DNA of 64,000 nucleotides from Cyanophora paradoxa CCMP329 (lineage: Eukaryota > Plantae > Glaucophyta). Location: assembly GCA_004431415.1 (NCBI GenBank), contig QPMI01000484.1, positions 62,001 to 126,000 on the forward strand, given 5' to 3'. The position numbers and the translations under genes are program-made. Below the pieces are notes generated by a model that saw only the letters and a program-made list of their open reading frames with translations, was not told the DNA's origin and ran no database searches. Numbering within the stretch: the first letter of the stretch is position 1; each line of letters begins with the position of its first letter. Shown here one piece after another: positions 1 through 11,900 of the stretch.

Positions 1-3000
1 CGGCAGGCCATCGGTCTGAGGAGTGATTTCAGAAACCAGCCCCAGGCCGAGCATGAGCAGCTCAAGAGCCGCAGCGTTCTCGCGGGCGATCCGAATGGAG
101 CTCGGCGCGCGGCGGGCCGGGAGGCCGGCCAGCGGTACGACGGCGGGGAGCGGGTTGTCCGCGCGCTCGTACGGCTGCGAGCCGCACTCCTCGATGATGA
201 AATCTTTCAAGTGGGGGACGCGGAGCGTCTCGAGCGTCCCCTTGACAGCGGACGTTTCAATACCCCAGCGTGCTGCCAGAATTTTGCGCTGGGCAGGCGG
301 CCAATTCTCAAGGCTCTTGCCGCGGTTGTGCGGCGAGACCCTGGGCACTACGAGGGCTCCGCCAATGACCCCAAGCGCTTCGTACAGGGCGTACTGGGCG
401 GGGTCGTCGGCGTCGGGAGTCCCGGCAGGCTCAGGCTGGGACGCGGGCTGCGTGGGCTCGCTGGGGCCCTCGCCGCCACCTCCCCCCTCATCGCGCTTCT
501 CCGACATGGGCACATCACCCTCCTTGTCCTTCTGGGGCTCCTGGCCCTGGGCGCCCTTGCGGCCCCGCCCCTGGCCCCGCCGGCCGCCTCCGCGGCCCTG
601 ACCCTTCGCGCCCCCAGCCGCTGCCTGCCGCGGCTTCCCGCCAGCTAGTGGGCCAGGCTCGTGCGCAGGGTTGAGGGCGGGCGTCGGCGTCCGCGGAGGC
701 GAGAGGCGGCCGCCGGGCAGGATCGCCGGCTCGGGCGCGGCTGTCTGCGGCACGAGAGCGGCCGCAGCCTGCAGCGTGAGCCCGATGGCCTTCACGGTGG
801 CCTGGCCGTCGAGAGCGCGGGCGTGCGCCTCGCGATCGAGCTTCGAGGCGACCGGGGTCGTCGTCGGGCAGCTCGGATCCAAGCGCCACTTCTCTGCGAA
901 CGCGATGAGCTGGTCGACCTCCTCGTCGCTCAGACCGCCGCTCTTCCGCTTGAGGCGGCGGTACAGAAGGATGAGGTGTGCGCGCGAGTGGGGCGGAGTG
1001 CCCTCAATGTACTTGATGAGGCGGGCGCTGCCGGCACTCCCCGTCACAGTCTTAATGTGGACGAGGCTCTTCAGGGTTTCCAAGGGCTCGGTGGGCCCCA
1101 GGGGGCTCAAGATCGAGACCTCCTCCGGGATGATAGTGGGCTGACGCCCAGCATCCTTGTCGGCATGCAAGGTCAGCTGCGTGCCCCGCGTCGCCGGCCG
1201 CACGAGCCCCAGGTACCAGCCCGTCGGGACTGGCGCCTTGGAGTCGCCAGGGGCCGGCGGGCGGTGACCCAGCAGCGCGTAGAGCCAGGCGGTGCACAGC
1301 GGAAGGTCGCGGAGCGCGAGGATGCGCTCGGCGGCGAGGCCCTCGCCGACCGACATCCGCTCGACGACGCAGGCGTCGCTGAGCCGGCTGTAGTCCGGGG
1401 CGCGCCCCTTGCGGTACGCCTCATGGCGCTCGTGGGCGGCCCTGGCCAGCCAGCCCTCAGTGTCCTTCACCGAGTGGAGCACCTTCGCTGACGGAACTGG
1501 CAGCTCGAGCGAGAGCGCCGCGGTCGTGAGCAGGTGCACCGCAGTCGTGAAGTCAAAGTCCGAGGGGGCAGGCACGGCCTCGCTCGCGAGGAGAGCGGCA
1601 CACTTATGCAGGTCGATGCGACCGGTGTGGCCCCCGAAGCTTCCCGCAGTTTTCCAGCGAGCCCAGTGCTCGAGGAGGACGAGCGCGAGCCCGTAGGCAT
1701 CCGTGTGCTCGTCGACCATGAGCGGGGCCGCGAAGTCGAAGTACCGCTGGAGAATTTTCTCGGCGGCCTTAGACGACCCCGGGGCACCGTAGTCGAGGCG
1801 GTGCAGGTAATAACCGGCGACGCAGGCCGCAGCTGCCAGCCGCAGGCGGGTCTGGTCGGAAACCAACTGGCCGCGACCCAGGCGCGTCGATCCCATCAGC
1901 TGCATCTCGTGCGGCGCGAGTGCGAGGGCGATCGGGGACTGCGAGCCGACGCTCTCGTGGCCCCGGTAACCCTCGAGCCAGCCCGCGATCGCTATCTCGC
2001 CCGGCCGAAGCTTCTGGAGGTCCGGTTCCACCTCCTGCTTGCCGAAGGCGGTCAGGCCCTTCGTGGGCCACGGCCTCCCCTTGGCAACGCGCTGGGCGTG
2101 AAGGCCGACCTGCCGTACCAGGTGCATCGTGCTGAGGTAGCGCGTCGGCCAGGCGTGCGCCAGCAGGTCGCGCGAGGCGCTGCTGTGCCCCAGCATGTGC
2201 AAGAAAGCCGTCGGCAGGGTCGGGGAATCGGTATACACACTCTCATCCGCAAACGGCTGCGTGAGCGCCGAGAGCAGGAAGGAGAAAGCCTGGCGAGTGC
2301 GGCCAGGGCAGCGGAACGCGGTAGCGTACCACTGCACCTCCGGCTGCTCGACCAGGCCCTCGAGGCAGTACGTCACACAGTGGCTGAGGCGAGGGTTCGG
2401 GTACACGAAACCCTCGCGCCCTAGTTCCACGGGAGCGGCACCCTTCAGCTTGTGCCCCTGAACATCCCAGAGGATGGCCGGGCCCAGCTCGGCCTCGCGG
2501 CCGGGCTCCTCCGTGAGATTTAGGGCGCCGAAGTGTGCTACAGTGAACCCAGCGCGCGCAAGGTAAGCGCGGTTGGTGCGGATGCACTCCTTAGAGGCGG
2601 CCTCGCGATCCTCCTCGGCCGCCGAAGCGCCGTCGTCCGTGACCGAGAGGCTCGCAACGGTCTCAGCGCCCGACGAGTACTCCAGGCAAGGGCCGACCCC
2701 GGCGGCGGGGTCGACGTCGCCCTTGACGCAGGTGGCCGCCACGGCGGACTCCAGGCTGCCAATTGCCAGTGCGTCAGCATCCCCGCCCGAGCTCGCCGGC
2801 TGCAGAGCAGCGACATCAGAACCCTTCGCTTCTGCGTCAGCGCCCTCAACCTCCGTTGGGTCCGGGGCGGCCGCAGACTCGAGGGCAAAGGTGCCCAGGT
2901 CGGCGGCGTTCATGATGTCGGCAAATGAGCTCAGGCCGGCGGAGAGCCCAGGGCCGATGCCGGCCGCGATCGGCTCGGTCGCGGTCTTTTCCGTCTCAGC

Positions 3001-3870
3001 GAGGCCCGACTCCGGGCGGGCCCGCATGTCGATCACGGTTTCCTCCTCCGGGCAAAGGTCCGGCCGCGCAGCCGAGATAATCTGCACGAGGCCGATCGCG
3101 AACGCCGTTGCGGCTGCGGCGCAGGTGCTCAGGCTCTCATCCTTGTGCAGGGCTGCGGCATGCTCCGTAGTGACGGCGCTGAAGCGCTCGAAGGCGCGCG
3201 CAAGCTCGAGACCGGTGCTCGCGCTGGTGCGGTCGATTTTGACGCGGAATACGCGGCGCTCTTTGCCGAGCTCCGCGGGCGCAGGAGCCGCAGTCGGGCC
3301 GGAGCCGGGGCTCGCGGCCGGGGTGGACGGGCTGCCCAGAAGGCTCGGGCCTCCGCGGACGGCCTCCGAGAGGATGGCGCGCGCGATCGCGAAGGTCGCG
3401 GCCTCGCTCGCGGGGCTCGTCGCCGGCGCAGAGGCGAGGGCTTCCTTGTGCTCAGCGAACGCGCGGCGGACGGCGATCCCAACCTCACTCGCGATCTTGG
3501 AGTCGATCGCGGGGCAGTTAGCCTGGCGGTGCCCCGGCTTTCCGCACCCGTAGCAGACAGGGGCCCGTTGCCGGACGGCGGGGCGGGGCTGAAGTTCCCA
3601 CCCTGAGGGCGGCGCTTGGCCTCGCCTCCGAACCCGCCGGCGCGGCGCTTGTTGGGGTTGATCACCGCCCAATCGGGCAGCGGCGTCGGGCTCACGTCGC
3701 ACTCGAACTTCCAGTGGCGCTTGCCGCAGTGGCACGGGTTGCGCGGCTGAGCCGGCAGACCGCGCTCGCGCAGGAATTCGGTGATCTTCTGGCGGTATAC
3801 CGGGTCGTCGGGCCGCGGCGGCGGCGCGGAGGAGGACGGGTAGATCGCGCGGATCACCACGTCAACTTCC
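1..3870 (-). CDS. Retroelement ORF2 (partial; canonical zinc knuckle then >1,100 aa of unrecognised protein)
   Basis: The minus frame with codons starting at positions divisible by 3 has an upstream TGA at 3873-3871. The segments I translated by hand (3870-3481, 2520-2341, 1260-1) contain no stop. The ORF track lists nothing in this frame, as expected for an ORF running off the window. Confidence 0.7.
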
Positions 3871-5069
3871 TCATCGTCGCCCGCGAATGCGTACCGGCAG
3901 AACATCACGAGTTCCTCCGTCTGCGCGTCGTCCGCGACGCCGTCATCGTACCCGCCGTCGTACGCCTCATGCGTGTGCGCTCGCATCACGCGCGCGTCCT
4001 TCGATGCGCGGCTACCGGGCGGGACGACGGGGACGGCCGGCGGCGCAGCGTGCATGGCCGCGCGCTGCAGGGACTGCATAGCGCTCGGGGCCTGGGCCGG
4101 CGCCGCGCTCGGCAGCGCGCTGCGTTTGACGACGTACGCTGAGCCCGGCACGTTCGAGATATCCGTGTCCCATGCGCCGAGCTCGCGGCAGCGCTTGCGT
4201 ACGTAGTTGACGAGGGCAACCTCGTCTTTCAGCAAGCCCTCGCGCACGCGCTGTGCAAGTTCGGCTTGCACTACTGTCAAGACCTCGAGGTTCTTGAGCA
4301 TGCGGCGCCGGTCTTTCTCCGACAGATCCTTCACGTCATCGAATTCGCGGTACGCGCCGCGATTCCGGCGTGCGATCATGTCACCGAGCTGGCGGACCAG
4401 CGCCGAGAGCGGGTTCTCGAGGAGCTGGCGCGCGTCCGGGTGCATGCACAAGCGGCAGGTGCGGCGGACGCACGCCTCGGGATTCTCGCCTAGATAGGGC
4501 AGGCGCAGAACTTCCTTCAGGTCGTCCGGGTTGCGCTCGCCCGAGTCGGACTCCAGGCGGGCGCGGATCGCAGCGAAGGTGGTCTCGCGCTTAGACGCCA
4601 CGATGGCCTCTTCGATTTCTGCGATCTGCTCGCCGAGCCCTTCGAGCAGCATGAGCTCGTGCTCATTAGCAGCGCCCAGCCGTTCCTTTTCGGCCTTTTC
4701 GCTCTTCAGCTTCGCCAGCTCGCTCTTGCGCGCGCGCTGGCCGGCGTGGAAGAGCTCGATCTCGCTCCGCACGCTGTGCGCGGGGTCGAGAGTCTGTACG
4801 AGCGCGAGGCCAGTGTTCTGCTGCTGGCTATCGCCTGCATCTTCAGCCAGATTCAGGATGTTCCGGCTAAGTGCGGCGGCAGCCTCGAAGGCCGCGAGGT
4901 GATCCTCGACGGTCTGGCGGTCGGCGCCTGGCTGCAGCGGCGGAATCCGACGCAGCATCTCTAGCGCATTCGTCGGAATGCCGCTTAGAGTGCTCGGCTC
5001 TGCCGTGAAAGGAGCCAAGTTCGCCATCCGGATGTGGTACTCCGCGGAAGCTCCGGTGCCGGAGGACAT
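3129..5069 (-). CDS. Gag-like ORF1 (coiled-coil region, degenerate zinc knuckle)
   Basis: First ATG at 5069 (MSSGTGASAEY). Helical/coiled-coil N-half and NPCHCGKRHWKFEC near 3740-3700. After ~3560 this frame becomes Arg/Pro low-complexity, while the meaningful sequence continues in the -1 frame. Confidence 0.6.
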   Translation of the reverse strand: MSSGTGASAEYHIRMANLAPFTAEPSTLSGIPTNALEMLRRIPPLQPGADRQTVEDHLAAFEAAAALSRNILNLAEDAGDSQQQNTGLALVQTLDPAHSVRSEIELFHAGQRARKSELAKLKSEKAEKERLGAANEHELMLLEGLGEQIAEIEEAIVASKRETTFAAIRARLESDSGERNPDDLKEVLRLPYLGENPEACVRRTCRLCMHPDARQLLENPLSALVRQLGDMIARRNRGAYREFDDVKDLSEKDRRRMLKNLEVLTVVQAELAQRVREGLLKDEVALVNYVRKRCRELGAWDTDISNVPGSAYVVKRSALPSAAPAQAPSAMQSLQRAAMHAAPPAVPVVPPGSRASKDARVMRAHTHEAYDGGYDDGVADDAQTEELVMFCRYAFAGDDEEVDVVIRAIYPSSSAPPPRPDDPVYRQKITEFLRERGLPAQPRNPCHCGKRHWKFECDVSPTPLPDWAVINPNKRRAGGFGGEAKRRPQGGNFSPAPPSGNGPLSATGAESRGTARLTAPRSTPRSRVRLGSPSAARSLSTRKPSPLRRRRAPRARPRPSRSRAPSSRRPSAEARAFWAARPPRPRAPAPARLRLLRPRSSAKSAAYSASKSTAPARAPVSSLRAPSSASAPSLRSMPQPCTRMRA

Positions 5070-6099
5070 TCTTTTCACGAAAAGCTCGCGGCGTAAAGCC
5101 AAGCTTATCGATCAGAATGTCCGCGATCCGGCTCCTCTGAGGTCCGCGGTCGCGCGACGAGGCTTCTCGAAGCCAAGTCGCCGATGTCCTCTGATCAAGC
5201 ACGCCCTTTCAAGAAGACAGGCTCACTACGCGGTAGTAGAGCAACTGCTTCGGGCGGCTAGCGATGCAACGGCGATCCGAGCAGTCTGCCTCGGTCCCGG
5301 TTCGCTTTTCGATTCTCTCCGTCGCTCGGTGCCGCGGGCAGCCGAGGTGAGCAAGCTCACGTCGCACGAAACCGGAGCGATCTGCCCCCGGCTCGTGTTT
5401 GCGCTCTACTTGCGAGAGCAGCACGCCCCAGTTCGTCAACCTGCTCGCTCAGCCTTTGCGGGCACGGGCGGGGAGCGTCCGCACGCTCCTCGACCTCTTT
5501 CGAGGTTCTCCCGTGCGCCGGCTGAGCTGCGGGTGCTGGATTGGGCTGGTTGCTGAGGATGGTCGCTGAAGATCGCTGGTTCGTGCTCCGTAGGCACGTG
5601 GCGCCTGTCGGATGGGAAGAAGCCCACCCGGTACGCCCTGCGCGGTCTAGCGCAGGCGGTGGTGATAGCAGGAAGCACAAGTGGTCTATTCACAAGTGTA
5701 CCCGTACAGGGACGGCGTACCCCTCAGATGGGGCCGCGCCCGGCGCTAAGTCACAACACAGAGAGCACTACAAGCTAGAAGCTTACTAGCGCTAGACTAA
5801 GGCTAGAGGCTAACCATAGACTACCAGCTAGCCTAGTCCGAGGGCATCGCGGCATGCGACATCGTGCTCTTTTTTTTTGCAACTTTGAAATTTTGCGATG
5901 TACATACGCGCATGTGGTGTCGATCACACAGTGTTTTCCAACTTGAAATTAGAAATTAAATGCAATTGTACCGCAATTGCAACTCCTTGGTCGCAGGACA
6001 ACAAGCATCTCTTTAATTTCTCGGACCTCCGGAATCACTAACATGTACAGTTCTCAGGCTCGATCATAGAGCTCCCAGAAACCAGCCTGGCAGAATAGC

Positions 6100-6156
6100 T
6101 CCCCCCCCCCCCCCCCCCCCCCCCCAACACACACACACACACGTGCACACACACAC
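6100..6156. repeat. poly-C plus (CA)n microsatellite
   Basis: Directly visible. Confidence 0.9.
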
Positions 6157-7118
6157 CGCCCCACATGCACAGCCAATAAGTCTCAAAGGCTTGGTTTGAT
6201 TTCGGTTGAACGCCCTGCAGCTGGCCATGGTCTGTTCCAAATTCGCTGCAGACGTCGACGTACGCGTGCGATCGATGCCTATAGGCGCCCCGCGGCGGCG
6301 GGGGCGCTGCGGAGCCCGCAAACGACCTGGCGCGCGCACGGGGCCGCGGGCCGCGCGCCGGCTCGGCGGTGGCTGCGTAGTACGTGCTGCCGCCCGAGCC
6401 GCTCGCGATCGGGCCCCCGGTATCCCCCCCGACTCCCCCCCCCCGGACTCCGGGAGGCCGTCCACGCGATGGCGGCCCGAGGTCGGAATCTCCGTACCCA
6501 CCACCGTCTCCGGGTAGACTCTCCTACCCTCTGGCCATGGGCCCTCGAGCTCGCGATCGGGCAGGGGGGCGCGCCCCTTCCCCAGCCCCTCCTCCTCCCC
6601 CCGCCCCCGCCCCAAGCCCGCCGCACTTTCGAATTCGGCGCAGCCGTCCGCAGCCCCGGAGCACTGGGGCCTCCCCAGCGGCAGCCGCAGCCGGCGGCGG
6701 GGCCCGGGCCCAGCCCGGGCCCCACCCAAAGAGGAGGGGGGGGAAGCCCGACCCGCTCCCTTCCGACCTGCACCCCGGAAAGAAACTCAGGGGGGCAGCC
6801 GAGGCCGCCGGCGCCGGCCCGCCGGCCACCATCCGCGCCCGCGCCTATAGCTAGCCATGCCCTCGCTCTTCCGTCCCCCCCCTCCCCCTTTCCCCCCCCG
6901 GCCCCCGGCCCCCCCCCCCCCCTCTCTCATCCCGGTATTCTAATTTATTGGTTTGAATTCTGACCATAAGCCATTCGGCTGGCTAGCCGCCGGCGCCTGC
7001 ACCACCCATTGCGCATGCCACGGGCCGCATGCGCATCGCATATATGCGTCCGCTACTGAGCTCGAGCGAAGCTGCAGCTGCTTTAACTCGAATTCAGCTT
7101 CGAATTCACTCATCGCGA

Positions 7119-8807
7119 TCAGTCAAGGACGATAACATCGGGCGGGGGCGGGGGCGCGCGGGGGGGTACAGGGGGCCCGGGCCCAAAGTTCCCGGCCGCG
7201 CGGCTCAAGCTCGAGCCGGCCCCGGGCCCGGCGTCCGAGGGGGGTACGAGGGCGGGGGCGGAAGTGGGAGGGGCCGGATTCGAAGCGGGTCCAGAGGGGC
7301 CGGAGGGGCCTTGGAGGGGTACGGGTGCGGAAGTGGGCTCCGATCTTGAGCTCCGAGGGGCGAAGAAGCGCTCGAAGGCGGCGCGCTCGCGGCTGCGGGA
7401 CGGCTGCTCGCTGAAGGGCGCGCGCTGTACCCCGGCGAGGTGCTCCACGCAGTTCGCGCGCACGAGGGATACGCGCAGCGGCATCAGGAGCCGCCCCGCC
7501 GGTCGCGGCGCATGCTTGAGGGGGAGGGGAGGAGCCGGCTCAGCTGAGGCCCGCGCCCGCTTGCCGGGCGGCTCCGGATCCGGATCCTCTGCCGGGGCCG
7601 TGGAGGGTACGGGGCCGGCCGACGCGACCTCCAGCTCGAAGAGGGCCGAGTTGCGTACCCCCGGGAGTACGGGCGGGGCCCCCGCGTCCAGGGCGCCCCC
7701 GCGGTGCAGGAGCCAGTTCACGAACTCCCGCAGGAACGTTCCTGAGAGGACAACAGAGAACGACGGCGCGTGAGCTAAAGAGAGCAAGGCGGTGCGCGTG
7801 CTCTCGCGCGGGCGGGCGGCGGGCGGGCGGCGGGCGGGCGGACCATGCGTGACAAGGAGCACCGTCGGCGCCAGCGGCGGGGCGGCGGCGTCGGCCGCGG
7901 GTGCGGGCGCGGGCGCGGGGGCCTCGGGCGCGAGGAAGCGGGGGACGAGCTCGTCGTGGAAGAACTCGATCGCCCGCCGCTTCACGTCCTCGAGGCTCTC
8001 GCCGCCCTCGGGGCGGAGCGCGCGCTTGGAGGTACCGGTGCTGGAATTTGATCCGGCCGCGGCCGCCGCCTCCTGCGCTCCCTCGGCCGCCAGAGAGGAG
8101 GCCCACGGCTTTCCCTCCTGGACGCCGTAGTGCTGCTCTCGAATCCGCCGCTCGTAGATCGGCACGACGTGCCGGTGGGCCCTGCAGATGGGCGCAGCGG
8201 TGTCTTTGCATCGGTCCAGGTCCGAGACGTAGCTGCGGGGCCGGGGCGCATCAGGCGCGTATGCGGGCGATGCGGACGAGCATGAGCGGCAACCGCACAT
8301 GTGGTTGATGGTGTGCGATGCGAGACGTGTTGCCAGCAGCTCAGCTTGCTTGGCGCCGTGCACTGTCAGCACGCCGCCGTCCCCTTGGCCCTGCAGAAGC
8401 CGCTGCCTGTTCGCGACGGTCTCGCCATGCCGCACAAGCAGCAGGCGGACGGCGCGCCGCGCACGCGGCGGCGCGCCGGAGCTCTGCGACGCGGCGCAGC
8501 CTTCCACTGCTGCTGCTGCCGCTAATGTTGCTGCTTTCGCTGGTTGGCGCGGCGCGCAAAATTTCTGAGAACGCAGTGATCTCTGTACCCTTCTTAATCG
8601 GGGGGGTCCGGGTGTGTCGTGGAGACTTGATTTCTCATTTTGTTTTTTCACGTCTGTGGAGGAGAACCGCTCCGAGCGGCGGGAGGACGTCAAAGCCAGC
8701 TCGAAACGCACCCCGTTCGGAGCAGTTCCCCGGCCGCGGTCTGCAAATGCGACCAGCTTGCGCACATGCATAGCTAGCTGCTCCATCCTCGAGCTCGCGC
8801 CGGCCAT
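7119..8807 (-). CDS. Histidine phosphatase superfamily protein (phosphoglycerate mutase/TIGAR-like), spliced
   Basis: LLLVRHGET catalytic motif, LQGQGD, YVSDLDRC, RIREQHYG, PEGGESL, VLLVTHG and NCVEHL. GT-AG introns interrupt TINHI|YVSD and VTHG|TFLREF. The 5' exon structure is uncertain. Confidence 0.85.
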   Translation of the reverse strand: MAGASSRMEQLAMHVRKLVAFADRGRGTAPNGVRFELALTSSRRSERFSSTDVKKQNEKSSLHDTPGPPRLRRVQRSLRSQKFCAPRQPAKAATLAAAAAVEGCAASQSSGAPPRARRAVRLLLVRHGETVANRQRLLQGQGDGGVLTVHGAKQAELLATRLASHTINHMCGCRSCSSASPAYAPDAPRPRSYVSDLDRCKDTAAPICRAHRHVVPIYERRIREQHYGVQEGKPWASSLAAEGAQEAAAAAGSNSSTGTSKRALRPEGGESLEDVKRRAIEFFHDELVPRFLAPEAPAPAPAPAADAAAPPLAPTVLLVTHGPPARRPPAARPRESTRTALLSLAHAPSFSVVLSGTFLREFVNWLLHRGGALDAGAPPVLPGVRNSALFELEVASAGPVPSTAPAEDPDPEPPGKRARASAEPAPPLPLKHAPRPAGRLLMPLRVSLVRANCVEHLAGVQRAPFSEQPSRSRERAAFERFFAPRSSRSEPTSAPVPLQGPSGPSGPASNPAPPTSAPALVPPSDAGPGAGSSLSRAAGNFGPGPPVPPRAPPPPPDVIVLD

Positions 8808-8983
8808 CGCACCGTAGTAGCTGCCAGCAGCGCCGCCCCGCGGCCGGCCGCAGCTTTGTATCACGCCGCAAGATAGCGCAAGTTCAGCAACGATAGCGCC
8901 GACGTGTCGGGCGAGGGGCGGATGGCGTTCCGCAGCCGCTCGATGATCCGAATCGCAATCGCATGAACGACGCCCGCTGAGCC

Positions 8984-11900
8984 ATGGACGACCCGGATGC
9001 GATTCTGCGGCGCCTGGTGCCGCAGCTGGCGTACACGGATGGCGCGCTGCCGAAGAGCACTCCGCACCTTCGCCCGGTGCGAACGAAGCTCGGCGGCCCG
9101 CGGGAAAGAAAGCTCAGCTGCCGGCGCCTGGGATTGGGGCTGCGATTGGGGCTCGTTCTCACCTCCGTTCCCCGCTCTGGGGCCGCGCACGCAGCTCCGC
9201 GGGGCGGCGCTGTTCGCCGACATCGTCGGGGTGCGAGGCCGCCCGCCCGCCCGCCCGCGCCTCTTCGAATTCAGCCGCCGAAGCTTTAGCCTGAACCCGC
9301 CCCCGCGCCCGCCCGCCCGCAGTTCAGCGGCCTCTCCGCGCGCCTGGCGGACGACGCGGAGCGCCTCTCGAGCTTCCTGAGCCTCCTGCTGGACGGGATG
9401 GCGTCCCTGGTCGAGAGCGGCGGCGGCGACGTCGTGAAGCTCGCCGGGGACAGCGTCATCGCCGTCTTCCCGGCCGAGTCTTCGGAGCCCGGGGCGGGGG
9501 CGGGGGCGGGGGCGGGGGCGGGGGCGGCGGCCTCCTCGGCGCCGCCGCCGCCGGGCGAGGAGGCGGCTCGGGCCTTGCTTTGCGGCCTGGAGCTCGCGCG
9601 GGCCGTGCCCCAGCTCCTGCGGCGGGGCGCCCCCGCCGGGCGCGTCGCCCTCCGCGTCGGTACCCCCTCCCCTTCTTCCCCCCCCCCTCTCCCCCGACCC
9701 GACCCGCCTTCGCCCTGACCGGCGGTCGGCGCAGGCATCGGGTGCGGTCCGCTGTACGGGGCCCACGTCGGCACGGCCGGGCACCGCGTCGAGTTCTTCG
9801 TGGGGGGTACGGCCGTCACGCAGGCGCGCCCCCGCCCCTCTACCCCCCCTCCGCACATGTACCCCGGCTCAGGCTCGAGCAGGCGTTCCGTGCCCAGGAG
9901 CGGGCGGGGCCCGGCGAGGTCGTACTGTCCGCAGACGCGCGCGCCGCCCTTCTGCCGCTTGGGGCCCTCTCGGCCCGGCCCGCCCCGGCCCCGGCCCCGG
10001 CCTCGGCTCCCGGCGGCCCCCCCTCGACGCCCCTGGGCGCCGCCTCCTCCGCCCGCTCGCTCGCCCCATCGGCCTCGGCCTCGTCGTCGTCCCTCGGGGC
10101 CGGCCGCCCCGTTGTTTCGCGTACCCCCGCGTTCCTCTCCCGGCTCCTGGCCCGCCTTCGCTGCGGCTCCGCCACCGACCCGAGCGATCACGGCGAGGAA
10201 GGGGACGGGAACGGCGGGGACGGGGCAGGGGGGTACGCCTTCTTCGTGGCGCGCTCGTTCCGGCCGCACCCGCGGGCGGGGCCCTCGGCGGGGCCCTCTG
10301 CTCCCCTCTCCCGCGCCGTATCCCTCCGCGGGACGCGGCGGTTGTCCCCTCCCGAGAACGGGGTGTACCCCCTGACCCCCTCCGGCCTGCGTACCCCCGC
10401 CTCCGTCTCCAACAACGTTTCGGGGGTATTCGCCTTTGGCGGGCCCCACTCGGCCGACGCGTCGATGCGGCGGCTGCGACCGCTGCAGCTGGCGGAGGGG
10501 GGTACGTCTTTCTCGCATTCGGAGCGGCTGCGCGCGTACGTCCCGTGGCCAGTCCGCGAGCGACTCGACGCACGCCAGGTACCCCCGCGCCCCCCCCCCC
10601 CCCCCCCCCGCCCACTATCTATCTATTTATCCATCTATGTATTCTACTACTACTACTAGCTAGCTAGCTTCTAGAAGTAACTCTAAATGGGCTATTTTCT
10701 TCTTCTACTGCTTCTTCTTCTTCTCACTCTTGACCATTTGCAGGGCGCATTCCTCGCCGAGCTGCGCCCCCTCTCCGTGCTCTTCCTGGCGCTGCCCCCC
10801 GCCCTCCTCGACCCGGGGGACCCGGCCGGCCTCGCCGCGCTCAACGCGGCCGTGGAGGCCGTCGAGGCGGCCGCCGCCGAGCACGGCGGCTCCGTCCGCC
10901 AGGTAAAAACCAACTAGCTTCTTTAGCCGACCAGCTTCTTTGCATGCTGCTGGCTCTATAAGGAAACGCACTAGAACGCGTTCTTTTCTTAAGAATATCC
11001 AGATATGTTCTTCTGACCCCTAGATCTCCGCCTCCGCCCCTGCGGCAGGTTGCGCTGGACGACAAGGGCATGGTCGCCATCGCCGCCTTCGGCCTCCCCT
11101 TCCAGCTCCACGAGGGTGCGCCATGGCCACGCCAGAGCAGAGCATAGAGCCCGGTCTAGAGCTTAGAAGTCAAAGCTGAGGCTGAAATCGAGGCTGAGGC
11201 TGAGGCTGAGGCTGAGGCTGAGGCTACAGCTAAAGCTGAAACTTGGAAGTTAAAAGAGTTTAGAACGAGATCTTAGAGCGCCTTCGGCCTCCCCTTCCAG
11301 CTCCACGAGGGTGCGCCAAAGCTCAGTCTGAACTAAAGAGTTAGAACTAAGGCTTAGTTAGAACGGGTGCGCCAAGTTATGTTAAAGAGTTTAGAACTAA
11401 ATCTAGAGCGTCCTAAGCTTAACGGGCCATTGTATATTGCCGCCTTTGGCCTCCTCTGCCAGCTCCACGAGGGTGCGCCATGCGAGATCCTAGAGCCGAA
11501 AGACGTGGCGCTTAAGCTGAAGGCAGAAGCGTTCCTCGCGCTCGGCCCGCGAGGAGGAGGGCTCACCCGCCTTTGCCCCCAGACGACTAAGCTAGCTAAG
11601 CTAGCGTGTAATCTTACGTACTAAGGCTAACTTAGACTAATTATAAGCTGATCTTGGGCATCACCTAAGCCAGCGTCTTGCGCTTCTCGCGTTCGGCCCG
11701 CTTGCTCGCTCACCCGGCCTCGCCCCCAGACGACCCGGTGCGGGCGCTGCGGGCGGCGCAGGGGGCGCGCCGGCGGCTGCGGGCCGCGTGCGGCGGGTGG
11801 GAGGCCCCCGCGGGGGTCGCCACGGGCGCCGTCTTTGTGGGCCTCGTGGGCGCCAAGGCCCGCTCCGAGTACATGCTGGTCCGCCCCTTTCGATCTACCT

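Larger units (their letters stand above)
1..5835 (-). mobile_element. Retroelement, 5' portion (Gag-like ORF1 plus long ORF2); class undetermined, continues beyond the window start
   Basis: About 5 kb of intron-free coding sequence in an otherwise intron-dense genome, with Cys/His knuckles CHCGKRHWKFEC (ORF1) and CYGCGKPGHRQANC (CX2CX4HX4C, ORF2 frame). No RT, integrase or LTR was recognised inside the window. The right boundary is approximate (TA-rich tract at 5760-5835). Confidence 0.65.

Noticed and set aside
23-5556. Long plus-strand ORFs (661-1491, 1534-2424, 2573-3553 etc.)
   Set aside because: Antisense shadows of the GC-rich minus-strand retroelement ORFs, with no motifs.
5640-5880. 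LTR/primer-binding site for the retroelement
   Set aside because: No convincing TG...CA boundary or tRNA-complementary TGG motif on the element strand, and the second terminus is not in the window.
5990-6960. Possible plus-strand exon remnants next to the retroelement
   Set aside because: Splice-like signals exist, but I could not assemble a coherent protein.
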